From: Schmidtea polychroa
Taxonomy: Eukaryota
NCBI GenBank assembly: GCA_044892525.1
Contig: CM097886.1
Span: forward strand, 103,912,001 to 103,976,000
DNA length: 64,000 nt
Reading direction: 5' to 3'
Part shown: one piece after another, positions 13,771 through 26,360 of the stretch
Layout: each line of letters starts with the position of its first letter
Numbering within the stretch: position 1 is the stretch's first letter
Made by a program: the position numbers and the translations under genes
The notes under the pieces: model-generated
The model's input: the letters and a program-made list of their open reading frames with translations, nothing else
Told to the model about the DNA's origin: nothing
Databases searched by the model: none

Positions 13771-14679
13771 TACTTGCATTGGCATTAATTAACATGAGCA
13801 CGTGGCGAACCAATCCAAAGCATTCATCACTGAGCATGTTAATCAACATCAAAACAATTTCATAAGATACTTTTTTTCTAAAAATAAAATAATTTTGATA
13901 GGCGACACTTCGCATTTATGCGAACAGACTCTGCGTAATTTTATTTTGTGAGGAACTTATTATTTTATTTTGTCAATACCTCTCGAGGTTTCTACATGGT
14001 TTGTTTTTCCACATCTCTCGGGTTTCCAACTTAGCTACTAAATTATTAATTTGTTTTTAATTAGTTTATATTTTTTAAATATTTTTTTCTGTGGATTGAT
14101 TTTATATTATTATTTTATATTATTTGTCTCATTATTTCCAATACATACTTACCCATTCCCCCCGGAGTACGTCAATTTTTAATTTTTACAAATTTTTAAT
14201 TAATAATTATTGATTTTTACAAATTTCTAATTACTTAATTATTTTTTAATTTTTATAAATTTTTCATATTTTTGATTTGCACATTTCTTTGTACATCCAA
14301 ATTTCTTTTGAACGTTTGCAAATATTCCCGCTGTAAAAAGTGCGTTTTCTAAACTCATTTTCAATCTTATTTCAAAAAATTTTCAAATAATAATGTATCG
14401 TGGACATTGAATACTTAAATTAATGCAATAGATAAAAAGTTTCTATGTAATACACTTCAGGTACGACCCTCGAACTGTTTTGAATAATTAACAAAAACTG
14501 ACAAATAAACATTATCACAGAACAACTTTATTTACAAACTCAAAATATTACAAAAAAAATGTTAAGCATATGGAAATTTAAAAGATATAAAAGAAAATAA
14601 ATTTTTTTATTTTTTTATTATTCGTTCCAAATAATTATTGAAATTTTTTAATAAAATTTTAAAATCAGACATATCTATT

Positions 14680-14840
14680 TTTCTCGAATACAATTTACAT
14701 GTTATGGGTGTAATGTCACATTCATTGGAGAGACTTCCCGTCACATCTGTATTAAAGCTTGAGGACATTATAGACCGAAGGCATTGGTCAATATTAGTGA
14801 GCACAAAAGGGTATACAAGAGAAAAATAGGTATGTATGAT
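14680..14840 (+). pseudogene. Penelope-like GIY-YIG endonuclease fragment
   Basis: Translates as IQFTCYGCNVTFIGETSRHICIKA*GHYRPKAL; clear paralog of 32000-32160. Confidence 0.75.
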
Positions 14841-16312
14841 TTTAAAATTTTTTATTATTGTAAATAATTTTTTTTATTTGACAATAAATTTCAATACACA
14901 TGAGTTGAGAAATTTTTTTGAAAATTATAAAAAAAATAAATTTCAAAATATAGTTTCAATATCGAGAAAATAAATAAATTAATTAAATAACGCATGAATT
15001 GTACACAAAAAACATTTCTAAAAATAGATATTATTTTGATTTGAAAAGTAAAATGAATTCGAAATTAATAAATTACATCAGCTCCTAGACAAATTTATAG
15101 AGGATATTTATTTTGACAAATTTAATGAGCTCTGAATCAAAATTAAAAACAATAATCAAATTGAAAGTTGACAAAAACTTTTTTTTGTAAATTTAATATT
15201 ATTTTTTTGGGAATAACATTTTTAATAAAAATATATTTTTACCCAATCACAGTAATAAAAATCTGCGACAAATAAAAGAAAATATTAATAATTTTTTTTC
15301 CAAAAAATATTTATAACTAAAAAAATCACAACTAGAAAAATCCAGTTGTTATTGAATTAAAAAAAATATACCTAAAATTCCCAACTCGAGCCACCTGATT
15401 TGTCAGCCACCTACGCCAAACTACTCATAAAACAAATTTTGCAAATGGATGAGGGTTGAATGCATGTCAGAGAAACAAAAATGAACTAACTACTTTTACA
15501 CATTTTATTTTGTTTCATACAATATTATTTCTACTTTCAAATTTTGGAAATATTATTTTTTCCTTCATCATAAATTTTGATTGTAGATTTTCTCTTGATT
15601 CTACGAAAATTTTATCTCAAAATTCGCTTTCTTTAATTGAAAAATCGATATCTAGTGAGAGGGAAATTAAAATTTTAGAAATTTTGTCTTTAAATTTAAA
15701 TATTTTATTTTTTGTTGAATTCTGAAAGTTTTCTATCGACATTGTTTATGTTAAAAATTTTGGGAAGATTATTATGTGTCTTTCAGTGACAATAAAATAT
15801 AAAATTCTCAGAAGAAAATTTTCTTAATCAAATCAAATAAATGATAAATTGTTCAATTGTTTCACAATTAGATGTATTGAGAGAGATACTATAAAATAAA
15901 TTTAGATATTTATAGTTTTATTCATATAGTTTTTAATAATGACTGCTTAATTTTAATCAAAAAAAATCGTATTTCATAGTGGGCATGTTCAATTTTAGAA
16001 TTTTTATAATAATAGAAAAAATATTTATTTATTAGTCATATTTATATCAAGATAAATATTTTAGAATAATTGTATCAACAAAGAAAATTAAACATATTTG
16101 ACATTAATTTAATTGTTTTTTAAAAATTAATTTTAAATTATTATTTGATATTTTTCATGTATTGTTAATTTCATATTTGTGCTATGGAAAATATCGGTAT
16201 AGGTATTGATATAAAAGTAAACGGTAAATATTGGTGCATTTATCATTAAGAGGCTTATTAACATATTAATTGAGTGGTTAACTTGAAATCATATAAATAT
16301 TTTTTATTAATT

Positions 16313-16313
<1 letters not shown>

Positions 16314-16373
<60 letters not shown>
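16314..16373. repeat. (TAA)n microsatellite
   Basis: Direct observation. Confidence 0.95.
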
Positions 16374-16374
<1 letters not shown>

Positions 16375-16583
16375 TGTAAGGAGAATATTTATATATTTAT
16401 TTAATTATTAATTACATTTAATTTGTATATTTATAATTACCAATGTATGATTGTAATTTATGATGAATGAATAAATTATGATAAATATGAAAACATTATT
16501 TCTCATACAATTTGTTATATTATTTAAATAATATACTTTTTGACTCGATTATTAAATGACACGTTTTAATTCATACATGATGT

Positions 16584-17165
16584 TTAATCGTCCTTTGAAG
16601 CTTGGTCCTTATTATCATCATCCGCGTTTTCTCGACGGAGCAACTCGTACACTTCATCGGCCACCTCATATTCTGACAAAAAAATGGAACCTGTATCATT
16701 AGCTGCGGTGATTTTCTTGACTTGTAATTTCTCAATATCTGCCTCATGTGCTGGTGGAGGACCACTCTGTTCAAATTGATTCATAATACTCGTTACCCAC
16801 TTGTCGAAACTTTGATCTGAAAATATGTAATCTGACAAATCGGATCTAAAATCCAGCGGCAGCAATCCACCAAATAAATCTGATATTAGTTGGCCAAAAA
16901 CACCATCATTTTCGTTTGTAGTACTTCCAACAGAAATATGACGAATAAGATGAAAAACATTCAAGGCATCATCATCATTTTCCATTGAGTTATAACGAAT
17001 AATATGAAAAGCATTCAAGGCATCATCATTATTTTCCATTGAGTTATCAGATTCAAGTCTTTCAATAAATCCATCCTTGCACGTCACACATTTACCATCC
17101 TGAGATATGTGAACGTCCCTGTTGCATTGGAGAGCATAGTAATTCGATTTATTAATTGAATTCAT
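16584..17165 (-). CDS. RNF126/RNF115-like E3 ubiquitin ligase paralog with degenerate zinc fingers (possibly pseudogene)
   Basis: Intronless ORF (likely start M33 at 17165). N-terminal zinc-ribbon-like YYALQC..KCVTCKDGFIERL; LSDYIFSDQSFDKWVTSIMNQFEQSGPPPAHEADIEKL (conserved pre-RING motif); RING start degenerate (TGSIFLSEYEVADEVYELL) with the RING core missing. Internal 57-bp duplication at ~16940-17050. Confidence 0.65.
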   Translation of the reverse strand: MNSINKSNYYALQCNRDVHISQDGKCVTCKDGFIERLESDNSMENNDDALNAFHIIRYNSMENDDDALNVFHLIRHISVGSTTNENDGVFGQLISDLFGGLLPLDFRSDLSDYIFSDQSFDKWVTSIMNQFEQSGPPPAHEADIEKLQVKKITAANDTGSIFLSEYEVADEVYELLRRENADDDNKDQASKDD

Positions 17166-17399
17166 TGAAGAAAATCCCAAAATTCGATGTAAAACCATAT
17201 ATTTTCCAAAAAGACAGGAATTCAAAAATCCAACAATCAAAGCAAAATTCAAATCGATCAAAACTCACTAATTCGAACTCTATCCAACAAAAACTCCAAA
17301 ATAATAATAATCACATTCACAATTGTCCGCGTCTGTGTGCGCACACAAAAGCCTCCAAAAACCAGTACAAAGCGCACACAGACGCGAGAATCGACAATT

Positions 17400-17580
17400 A
17401 ATCACATGAGACCAATGATACAGTCTATGAAGCTTCCAAAATTATTTAAACCAGATGACGATTTAGAAAAATTTATTGAAGAAGTTGAAAAATTTCTTGA
17501 GCTAACGCAGATAATGGAAGAACTCTAATCAAAGTTTGTGAAAGCGTTCTTATCAATTGACGCACTATAGAAATACGATG
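17400..17580 (+). pseudogene. Gag-like N-terminal remnant of an LTR retrotransposon
   Basis: MKLPKLFKPDDDLEKFIEEVEKFLEL resembles Ty3/gypsy gag N-termini; integrase remnant downstream on the same strand. Confidence 0.4.
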
Positions 17581-18919
17581 AATAAAAACCAGTGTATATA
17601 CGAAACTGAATCTTCATTTAAAAAATGTGCACATTTAGCTTCAAATTTGAGCGCTGCTTTAGCTTAGCGAACGAGTAAACGAGTTAATTCGTTTGATGAC
17701 CAAGAATTGAAGAAAAATATAAAAATACAAAGTTTAAAAAATGTCAGACATTAAAGAAAGAATAAAAAGAACTGAAGAAGTAAAGAAAAAAATCAATATG
17801 CTACAATATAGTTTACAGAGTATATTGATTTTTTTTTAAATTCAGTATCATTCAAAGTATCCATACAGTTGTAGTTTTGTTTTAAATCTGATCCAGCAAG
17901 AAACGTTGGCGAAGTCGATTGTCTATTGAAACTACAGCGCTGTAGATTGGAGTTATTTAGGAGATTTCAATGTCGATCGTTGCCATCTGAAGTAAGAGAT
18001 TCGTTCTGTATTTGTTCCATTTCCATGGCTGGAATTGGCAAAAACAAACAAGTGGCCATAACTAAATTTAAAATCGGTGCATAGGGAAGATTTGTACTCA
18101 TTAATTGATTTAATTGGAACATAATGTGAGAAACAATGTGTGCTTCATGAGCAGTGAAGCAAGAAATTGAGGCTGAGTGAAGACATTTTGTGAATTAACA
18201 TTTTAATATTTTTAATATTATTTTAATAAATGGATTCTCTAATATTTATTTAATATACAACATTACTTTTGTGTATTATTTTATTTATTAGTGGTTTGTT
18301 TTGTTCTTCACTTAAAATGGCCACCAGTCCCCATTGTCAAAATTTAAATTCAAAATATTCTATAGCCGATAATCTTTCTCACATTTGAATAATATATTTA
18401 TTTTTATATATTTTTTAATATTTTTATTATTAATACTAAGTTTGCTAATGAATACTGGTCAACCGTTAAAAATTTTACCAATAGTTGCTATAGAATTGGT
18501 GTTGATTTCGTTATTCATTTTGAACTGATAAATAAATAAGTCAAGGTATAAAATATATATTTCATAACATAATATTTTCGAACATATTTTTCATGACTTC
18601 AATTTTGATGATGTGCTTAAATTTTTAGATGAAAATCAAAATATTTAAATTCACATCAGACATATTATATAATAACACAAATTTAAAAAATTCAAATATT
18701 AAAATTCATAAATTTGTGAACAAAAATTTTTAAAATATTAAAAAAAATAAAATTTAAAAATTACTAAAATTAAAATTTCAGTAAACAAACCTTTAATTAA
18801 ATTTAGCTAATTTTTTTAGATTTTAAAATTTAAACCCATAATTCTTCAGAGCTTCTCTCGCAACGACAATTATAAATCAATTTAGTAAATTAGTCTCATA
18901 AAACCTCGTGCCAAAATTA

Positions 18920-19420
18920 GATGAGAATACGACAGTAAAAACACTTCATTGGATTATGAAATACGGAGCCCCAAAGAATAGTCATTGTGATCATGGAAAG
19001 TCATTGGAATCACAGTTATTTAAAGGTCTGGAGAAGAACCATAATATAAAAATAGCATACTCTAGTCCTGGGGTGTCCAAAGATCATAAAATAATTGGCA
19101 AAAAATAGGTCGATTACAAAAAATTTGGCCGCAAAAAATTTTCAATTCAATTCAATGCATGAACCAATGAGCTCTATAATATATAATAATCATTTTTTAA
19201 ACAAACTTATTTATAAAGAAAAACAAAAACACATCGATTTTCATAAATTGAAAATCAATTTTTATTTTCTGAAAATAAAATGTAACAAAATATTTTTTAT
19301 ATTTTAATCAAAATCACAATGGCCGCACAAAAATGGGAACTGGCCGCATAAGTTTAGTCTTTACCACCACTCTTCAAACGGATTGATAGAAAGACAATTT
19401 CGGACCATTAGAGATGTAAT
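18920..19420 (+). pseudogene. Ty3/gypsy-type integrase core remnant split by a MITE
   Basis: WIMKYGAPKNSHCDHGKSLESQLF..IKIAYSSP (to 19069) resumes as YHHSSNGLIERQFRTIRD from 19362. Confidence 0.75.
19070..19361. mobile_element. hAT-type MITE remnant inside the integrase
   Basis: Begins GGGGTGTCCAAA (hAT-like end) with internal TGGCCGC words; right TIR eroded; flanks TAGTCCT / TAGTCTT resemble a decayed TSD. Confidence 0.55.
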
Positions 19421-20688
19421 TCATTTATTATTACATGACAAGGAGCATTCAAATTTGGCAGATCTGTTAACAAATAATAAATGTATGTTAATTGCAACTG
19501 CATAAAGCACTATTTGATCCAATTGAACTAGTTTATTGAAAAAAAATTAACAAAATGTGGTATCCGAGGTTAAGCGAAAAATTGAATACAAGAGATTATA
19601 CTAAACAAGAGATTTTGATTAGAAAAGAAGATAAAACGAATATAGGAGAGAAAATAAAGTTAGAAACTGATTTAATAATTAATTATATTAAATTTACATA
19701 TTTATAATTATCAATGTATGATTGTAATGTGTGATGAATGAATAAGTTATCATGGAATTGTTCAAAATATAAAAACATTATTTCTTCAACAATTTTTTAT
19801 ATTGTTTAAATAATATATACTTTTTGGTTTGAATTCTAAATGACACGTNNNNNNNNNNNNNNNNNNNNNNNNNNNNNNNNNNNNNNNNNNNNNNNNNNNN
19901 NNNNNNNNNNNNNNNNNNNNNNNNNNNNNNNNNNNNNNNNNNNNNNNNNNNNNNNNNNNNNNNNNNNNNNNNNNNNNNNNNNNNNNNNNNNNNNNNNNNN
20001 NNNGTAATGTTTTTTATTGAAATTATTTTCTTATTATTGTTCTGGTTATTAACTTTGTTAATCTTTAATTGGGGCTTATGTTCTGATATTGAAAAGTTTT
20101 AATTACCTTTAAGGCATCAAATGATAACAATATTTCACTAGTTATCTATCACATTTAAATAATATTAATTTGAATTATAAATATTCTGTTGGTGATTTTT
20201 GTATAAATCCAAAAATTTCATATTAAATTATTTTTTGAAAATTTAAAAATAACTTTAAAAGTAGTTTTTAATTTAATTTAATATATTTATTTGCTCAATT
20301 TTTGAAATAATAATATAATAATATAAATTTTAAAATGAATTATAAAATCAAAATTATATAAAATTCCTAGGAAATGGCGAAACATAGATTTATAAGATAA
20401 ACATTTGAATGATACATGTTTATAAAAAAGGAAAACGAAATACATATTTTTCAAAATTATTTAAAATATTTCCAGGAAATTTAATTAATATATATTCCAG
20501 TTTTTTTATAAAATAAAGAAGTAATTGGATACCATTATAATTTGAATAAAATAATCTTATTAAGTGGGGTTTCTTAAAAAGAAATATAAAATGGAGAGCA
20601 GAGCAAGAAGAAATTAATTCTGACAATTTATCAATAATTGTCATTATACCCATCTTTACTAAATGAGATATTTGTGTATTTTTAAATA

Positions 20689-20916
20689 CCGTAGATACTC
20701 GAGCATACCGCGAGGTTTTTGTCACATAAAATTGAATAAAAACTTGTGGGTCGCGTTATATTCGAGACACTGTAGATATAAAATTGTAAGTTTTATGTAC
20801 CGAAATGGTTTCTGTCCTTCGCCTTATATTCCTGGCTTGAACTTTTCGTTTATTTCTGATATAAATTTCTATCTTTCACGTTACTCTCGGGTGGCGTTAT
20901 ACTCGAGTATCTACTG
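20689..20916. mobile_element. pogo/Tc1-type MITE (228 bp)
   Basis: TA-CCGTAGATACTCGAGCATA ... TATACTCGAGTATCTACTG-TA; TA TSD. Confidence 0.75.
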
Positions 20917-21419
20917 TATGTATATTTATCAAAATCTGTAAATTAAAACAAACATATTATTGGAATTTCATTCAATTAAATAAAATTGAATAATATACAA
21001 AATATGTTGTTACTTTACTCCTCAACGAGAACTAGATAATTTTTTTCAATTTGTGCTGAAAGAAAAAAACCTATTTTCGTTTAGCGATATTTCAATTGTC
21101 TCGAGGACCTAATTTCTGTCCTTAATTAAGAATGGAACCAAATATATTGACTGCAATGTCCTGTTTAGGTCTTTTCTTAACGATACTTATGTATGGGTTT
21201 GCAATTGCTTTTGGTAGACATAACTACCAAAATAACTACAGAAATAACTACCAACATAACTACCAACAACTATGTGAGGTTGAAGATATTATTATATTTT
21301 CAAGTAATCTTATACTTGAAAAACGCTGTGCTGAAATATGGTGTAACTTACATATTGTTTTGATCGATAGTCTTACAAATATTAATATGCAAATAATTGA
21401 ATTAAAATAAAAATGTTGG

Positions 21420-21560
21420 TTATCTATCTTCTTTAGTTAACGCATTTAGCATACAATAACCTCTACGCGGTTGTTAGACGTTGTCTCTCTTTTTGACGAT
21501 TACTAATGATGACAATCAGTTTCCCTGACTGGGCTAAACGAGGTTCAGTTTTCGCAGTTC
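21420..21560 (-). pseudogene. Highly decayed gypsy-type reverse transcriptase fragment
   Basis: LV*PSQGN*LSSLVIVKKRD...GYCMLNALTK resembles PS.SPWSSP.V.VKKKD..DYR.LN..T. Confidence 0.4.
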
Positions 21561-22169
21561 TTGAAATTCCTATTAAAAATCAAGCACAGATTTGCTTGTG
21601 AAGATTGTTTGGTTGAAGGATTTTGTCCACGTTCTTCCAATACTAGATAATTCATCCACTTGCGAAAACCAATTTTTGGCATATGAAAAATAGTTGAAAA
21701 TTCTTACCTGCAGAAGATTGTTTTCACCAAATGATGGGATCCCACTTCTATTACCATTATAGTCATCTTTAGTCAATGATATAATTAGTGTTTTTAAATA
21801 TTCATTATTCATCACATTCTGTAAATTAAAACAAACACATTTTACAGTTTTAATTAAAACTAATCAAATTAAATAATATACAAAATATATTGTTTTATGT
21901 TAACTAAGGAGTGTTCAAGCATTTTTAAGCATTAAAAATAATAATAATAATAATAATTTGACTGAAATAGCAATAAAAATAACAAAACAAATAATACAGA
22001 AAAAAATAAAATTTCCACATTGACATATGTAATCTGATTATTTGATAAATATTATTTCACTTTTTTAGAAGTAAAAAGATTGGCTTAAAAGAGGGATGTT
22101 GGGTATCATAACAGTTCATTAAAGAAAATTCATCTTTGTTGAGTGAAATTTCTGATTTATCAGGTGATT

Positions 22170-22854
22170 TTAATTAGATTTCTGGAAAATAAATCGGATG
22201 AATATAAGTTAATGGTTAAAATATGATCATTTAAAGGAATAAAGAGATTTTATTGGATGGACATTTAAGAAAACTTATAATTATAAAAGGGATCCAGTCG
22301 GTTAAAAGTGAACGAGTAATATAAAATAGCTGTAATTTTTATATTTTTAGGAGATTGTGGTTTATCTTTAGTACAAAGATTTTATTAATTATTTTTATTA
22401 TTAAAATTTTTTAATTATAACTGGTTTTGTTGAACTTACATGAGTTTCAATAGATTTTTATAAATTATTTAAGGTTAATGACCAATTTGATGTTAAATTA
22501 CTTGATTTTGGATGTTTTATAGTATATTTTATATTATAGTATTTTATAGTATAGTATATTTGTGATATTAAGGAATTTAATGAATATTATTGCGATGATA
22601 TTAAAAGGGGGATACATGATCTTTTACAGAAACTTATCGCTAAAGTAGCAATTTTTAACAATAGAATTATAATATTTTAGGGATATTTGATACTTTTTAG
22701 ATGATTTTAGGATGAATCACTTTTTGCTTGGTTGTAAGTACTTATTGGTTAGTAACTGGTTGTTGGCACCTGGTTGTAAATATATGGTAGTTAGTATTTC
22801 ATTTTTGGTATATGTTTGTAAGTACTTGGTTGTTAGTATCTGGTTGTTAGTTGA

Positions 22855-22890
<36 letters not shown>

Positions 22891-23470
22891 AATAATATTA
22901 TTATTATTATTATTCACAAAAATTTATTTCATTCAAATTTGCATAAAAACTTTCTTTGTAAATTATTGTATTATAAATTTTCATTATGTTTTCAAATTAG
23001 AAGATTACGATACTTTAAAATTTGTTACATTAATTTTAAATTATTACTCTTACTTTAATTTACTTTTATTTAATATAAATTATTACTTTAATTTCTCCGA
23101 CCCTAATTTACTTGATTTTAAAATATAATAAAATTTCTCAGAAGAAATCGATTCTTCAAAATATCTTACCATAAATTTAAAAATAATTACTTAACTTTAC
23201 TTTTCATATTATTACACTTATTTCTCATAAAATGTCTAATCTTCCAAATACATAACCATAAATTCCTGTACAAAAATCCTTGAGACCTAAAATAACCCTC
23301 ACTATAGTGTAATATTCACATAAACGTTAATATACCACGGGAGCACATGGTTTTTTAGCGAAAATTTATTTTAGACTTTTTAATCGAAATTTTTAAAGGC
23401 TTTTTAACAAGAGCTGAATTCCTTGTACAAAAACCCCTGAGACTAAAATAACCCCTCCAGATTGACATAA
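22170..23470. mobile_element. Diverged, shrunken relative of the right arm of the 40335-54836 element
   Basis: Modules in the same order as in the arm: AAATCGG..TGATCATTT (22195-22235 vs 49005-49040); TTAATTATAACTGGTTTT..AGATTTTTATAAATTATTT (vs 49145-49195); CTTATCG..TTTTTAGATGATTTT (vs 49320-49390 and 49500-49570); GTT/GGT repeats followed by (ATT)n; CCCTCACTATAGTG with GAGACC words (23270-23460). No AG..CT terminus found. Confidence 0.7.
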
Positions 23471-23949
23471 ACCCTTCTAACACTGCACCCTCATTCAATT
23501 TAATATGAAATCTTTTAACCATAAATACCCACTGACTTTAGTGCATCAGATTGACATGCTTCGGATGGTCTTGCTGCAGTGTCCAGATATCTACAAAATG
23601 TTATGCTTATTTTTCAGTAAAAATATGGCAGTTCGCTATGAAGTAGTCAGACATTTATGTGTTAACATTTCCTCCTAACGAGCATAGCAATAGATTTTAA
23701 AAACTAAATAACTTAAAATTACAGAACTAAGAGGATAAAGAAATCAGAATAAATACATAAAAAATAAAATTAGCAATTATCAATAGTGGCTTAATTTATC
23801 TCGTTAATTGCAAAACAGTTTGTAATAACTAAAATCTGAAAAAAATTTGAAAAGATGTCAGCTTAAACAATATTTTTAATTATATATTTATTTGTAAAAT
23901 AAATTAAAATATATTATTAATGAAATAATAATAATATTAATATTTAATT

Positions 23950-24138
23950 AATTTATTAAAAAGAGAGCTTGAAGACTATAAATCAGTAATATATCGATGT
24001 TTTTTGATACTCACGAATTTTCGGCACTGCCTTTTTTAAGTGATTCACTAGAAAAAGGCAGTGCCGAAAATTCGTGAGTATCAACAAACATCGATATATT
24101 ACTGATTTATAGTCTTCAAGCTTTCTTTTTAATAAATT
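23950..24138. repeat. 189-bp near-perfect palindrome
   Basis: Arms of 94 bp symmetric about position 24044, ~4 mismatches, 1-nt centre. Confidence 0.95.
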
Positions 24139-24982
24139 CAATGGAAAAAAGAATTGGAAGAAATAAAAGTTCTTATAATATTAAATTAATTCCATTCATC
24201 ACGAATGTATTGCATTTTATTTACAATGTTGAAAAAAAATTAATTATTTTATTAAAAATTTGAAATCGAAATTTTGTTTATTTTTTAGACTAATTTACAA
24301 AAATTTTTTGTTGGAATCATCGTGACTAATTTGAGGATAAAGGCCCAATTCCAGCTTGCCAATAAATATTAGTCATAGAAAAGGATGATGACATGTTTGG
24401 TGCATGACTATTTGTGCACTAAATATTGATTTGCTGTCATGTGCAGAGGCGGAATTGACATCAATTGTTTTAATTTATAAAATTATTAATATTATTAAAA
24501 TATAAAAATGATGTTTTAAAAATTTAACCCAAAAATATCATAGAATAATTTATAAAAAACACAAAGACAAAAAATTTTTATTAAAAACTAAAATATTTTA
24601 GATATTTTACTAAATTTAGCGGCTGAATTAAAATGAACTTTTTTCGTGTCTTAAACAAAATTTTGGGTGGTTCTTAATTGCCTACTTTAGAGTTCTGACA
24701 TTTCCATCTTCAATTATATATGACAATATTTTTCTTGACCGTAATTCTCAGAAGTTCTATTTATCAATTTAACTATTAGTATAATTTTAACCCCCATCAA
24801 ACTTTTTTTGTTATCCGCTTTTGATATTGGAGCATCATTTTTAATTTTTTAAATTGTTTATGATCTTTTGTCAAAAAAATAAATGAAATATTAAAAGAAA
24901 ACAGTTCAAAGGATAAATATTTTTGAAATAGCGGATAATAATACTTTGGATTGTAACTGGTATCGTATCAAACCTTTAATAT

Positions 24983-25075
24983 CAGTGGCGTCACTAGGAG
25001 AGGGGGTGATGCGTGGGGTGTGATCCGCACTGGGTGACACCATCATAAGGGGGGACACCAAAATGTAAAATATCA
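24983..25075. mobile_element. Partial CAGTGGCGTCACTAG-family MITE end (second partial copy at 37615-37670)
   Basis: Shared CAGTGGCGTCACTAGG..CCGCAC.GG.TGACAC; opposite ends not resolved. Confidence 0.55.
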
Positions 25076-25899
25076 CAATCTATGATTCTATGTCACTACA
25101 TGAAATTATTCTTATGGATTGTTTCAACCCAGCGGCCCAGTGACATTTGTTGATTATTATTTTGAATTATAAAAATATCTCTGTTCTTTTAGGTATAAGC
25201 ACAAAAACGTGTTATAGTTTTGCGAATATAATAAATACTCCAGAATATAACATTAGGTTTGTTCGTTTCTTTGTACTAACTTCTGATAAGTTGCACCGAA
25301 ATAGCACCAAAATTGAGGTGGATAACGACACGAGCTGCGGCCGACTGGGCCGTTTACAGAATGGCGGCGGTGACGCGCACTTTTTTAGAGGCCCGCTTTG
25401 GTGTTGTCACAGCACTGGTTCTTCACACTGTCAAAAACATCGATTTTTGGGTCGCCGGTTGGCTCCCTGGCACTCCGTTACGGCTTTTTCGTACAGTTAC
25501 CAAGTTTATGTCTAACATAACCTATAATAGATTTTGTTTTGCCCACTACACATGCTTAGAAACGCTTTGTTTTTGTCTTTGTTTGGACGTTGGTGGTTTT
25601 GAAGTTGCTCTTTTTGATAATAGTCTGGAATTTATAGCATCAATATTGTGTATTGTGGTAAGCGTTTATTAAGCGTTTATTGGCCAGGTATGAGAGAATA
25701 ATGATTGTGAAACTATATCAATAACTTTAGGTATAAATAGTTTAACTAAATTAGCAGCCCGAGGTCTTTTACTTGCTGTCTGCATTTTCACATTTCTCTG
25801 CTACCTCTACTTTTGGTGTGATGTGGTTGAAAAATTTAATCTTACACATCTGTACTTTCAGACTAAGGCCGTAACTTTTGACAAGGTAGTGATAAAGCT

Positions 25900-26360
25900 A
25901 GAGACTCTAAATTTTTTATGTACGAGCATCGCAATCATCTTGTGGAGCAGGCAGACCAATATGGAATTTCATTAGAGAGCAGACCCAGGTTCAAGGAGAT
26001 GATGGCTTGTGATAAAACAGGAGATGCTAGACTTACTCTTCAAGAAGAAAACAAGAGAGTGAGTGTATTGAGTGTATTGATCGTTTTCATTCGGAATTCC
26101 AGATCAGATCAAGAGCCTTCAAGGAAGTAGCAACCATGCTTGAGTCTGTTCAAGCCAAGAGTTTGATATCTGCCACTGAAGAAGAGTTACTGGTGTCGAT
26201 TCCAAAATTGACCACTTTCTATGATGAATTATCAGAAGTAGAGCTTTTATTAGAAATATCAAGGTTGAGAAGACACCTGAAGGCAATTTAAATTGATCTC
26301 GAAGTACTCAAAGACTCGTCAGTACTTGACGTTTTGAAATTCATAGTAAATGAAACTTTC
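25900..26360 (+). pseudogene. hAT (ZMYM1-like) transposase C-terminal remnant
   Basis: TTFYDELSEVELLLEISRLRRHLKA..SVLDVLKFIV in a broken frame; upstream ORF 25918-26130 is compatible. Confidence 0.45.

Noticed and set aside
22712-23128. 138-aa ORF with periodic CKYLVVSxWLL and poly-L/I (and antisense poly-N ORF)
   Set aside because: Product of a 42-nt repeat plus (ATT)n microsatellite within the diverged arm copy.
25147-25672. Two overlapping ~120-aa ORFs in a GC-rich patch
   Set aside because: No recognisable motif on either strand; only a vague Tc1-like WAKQNL word; cannot be supported.
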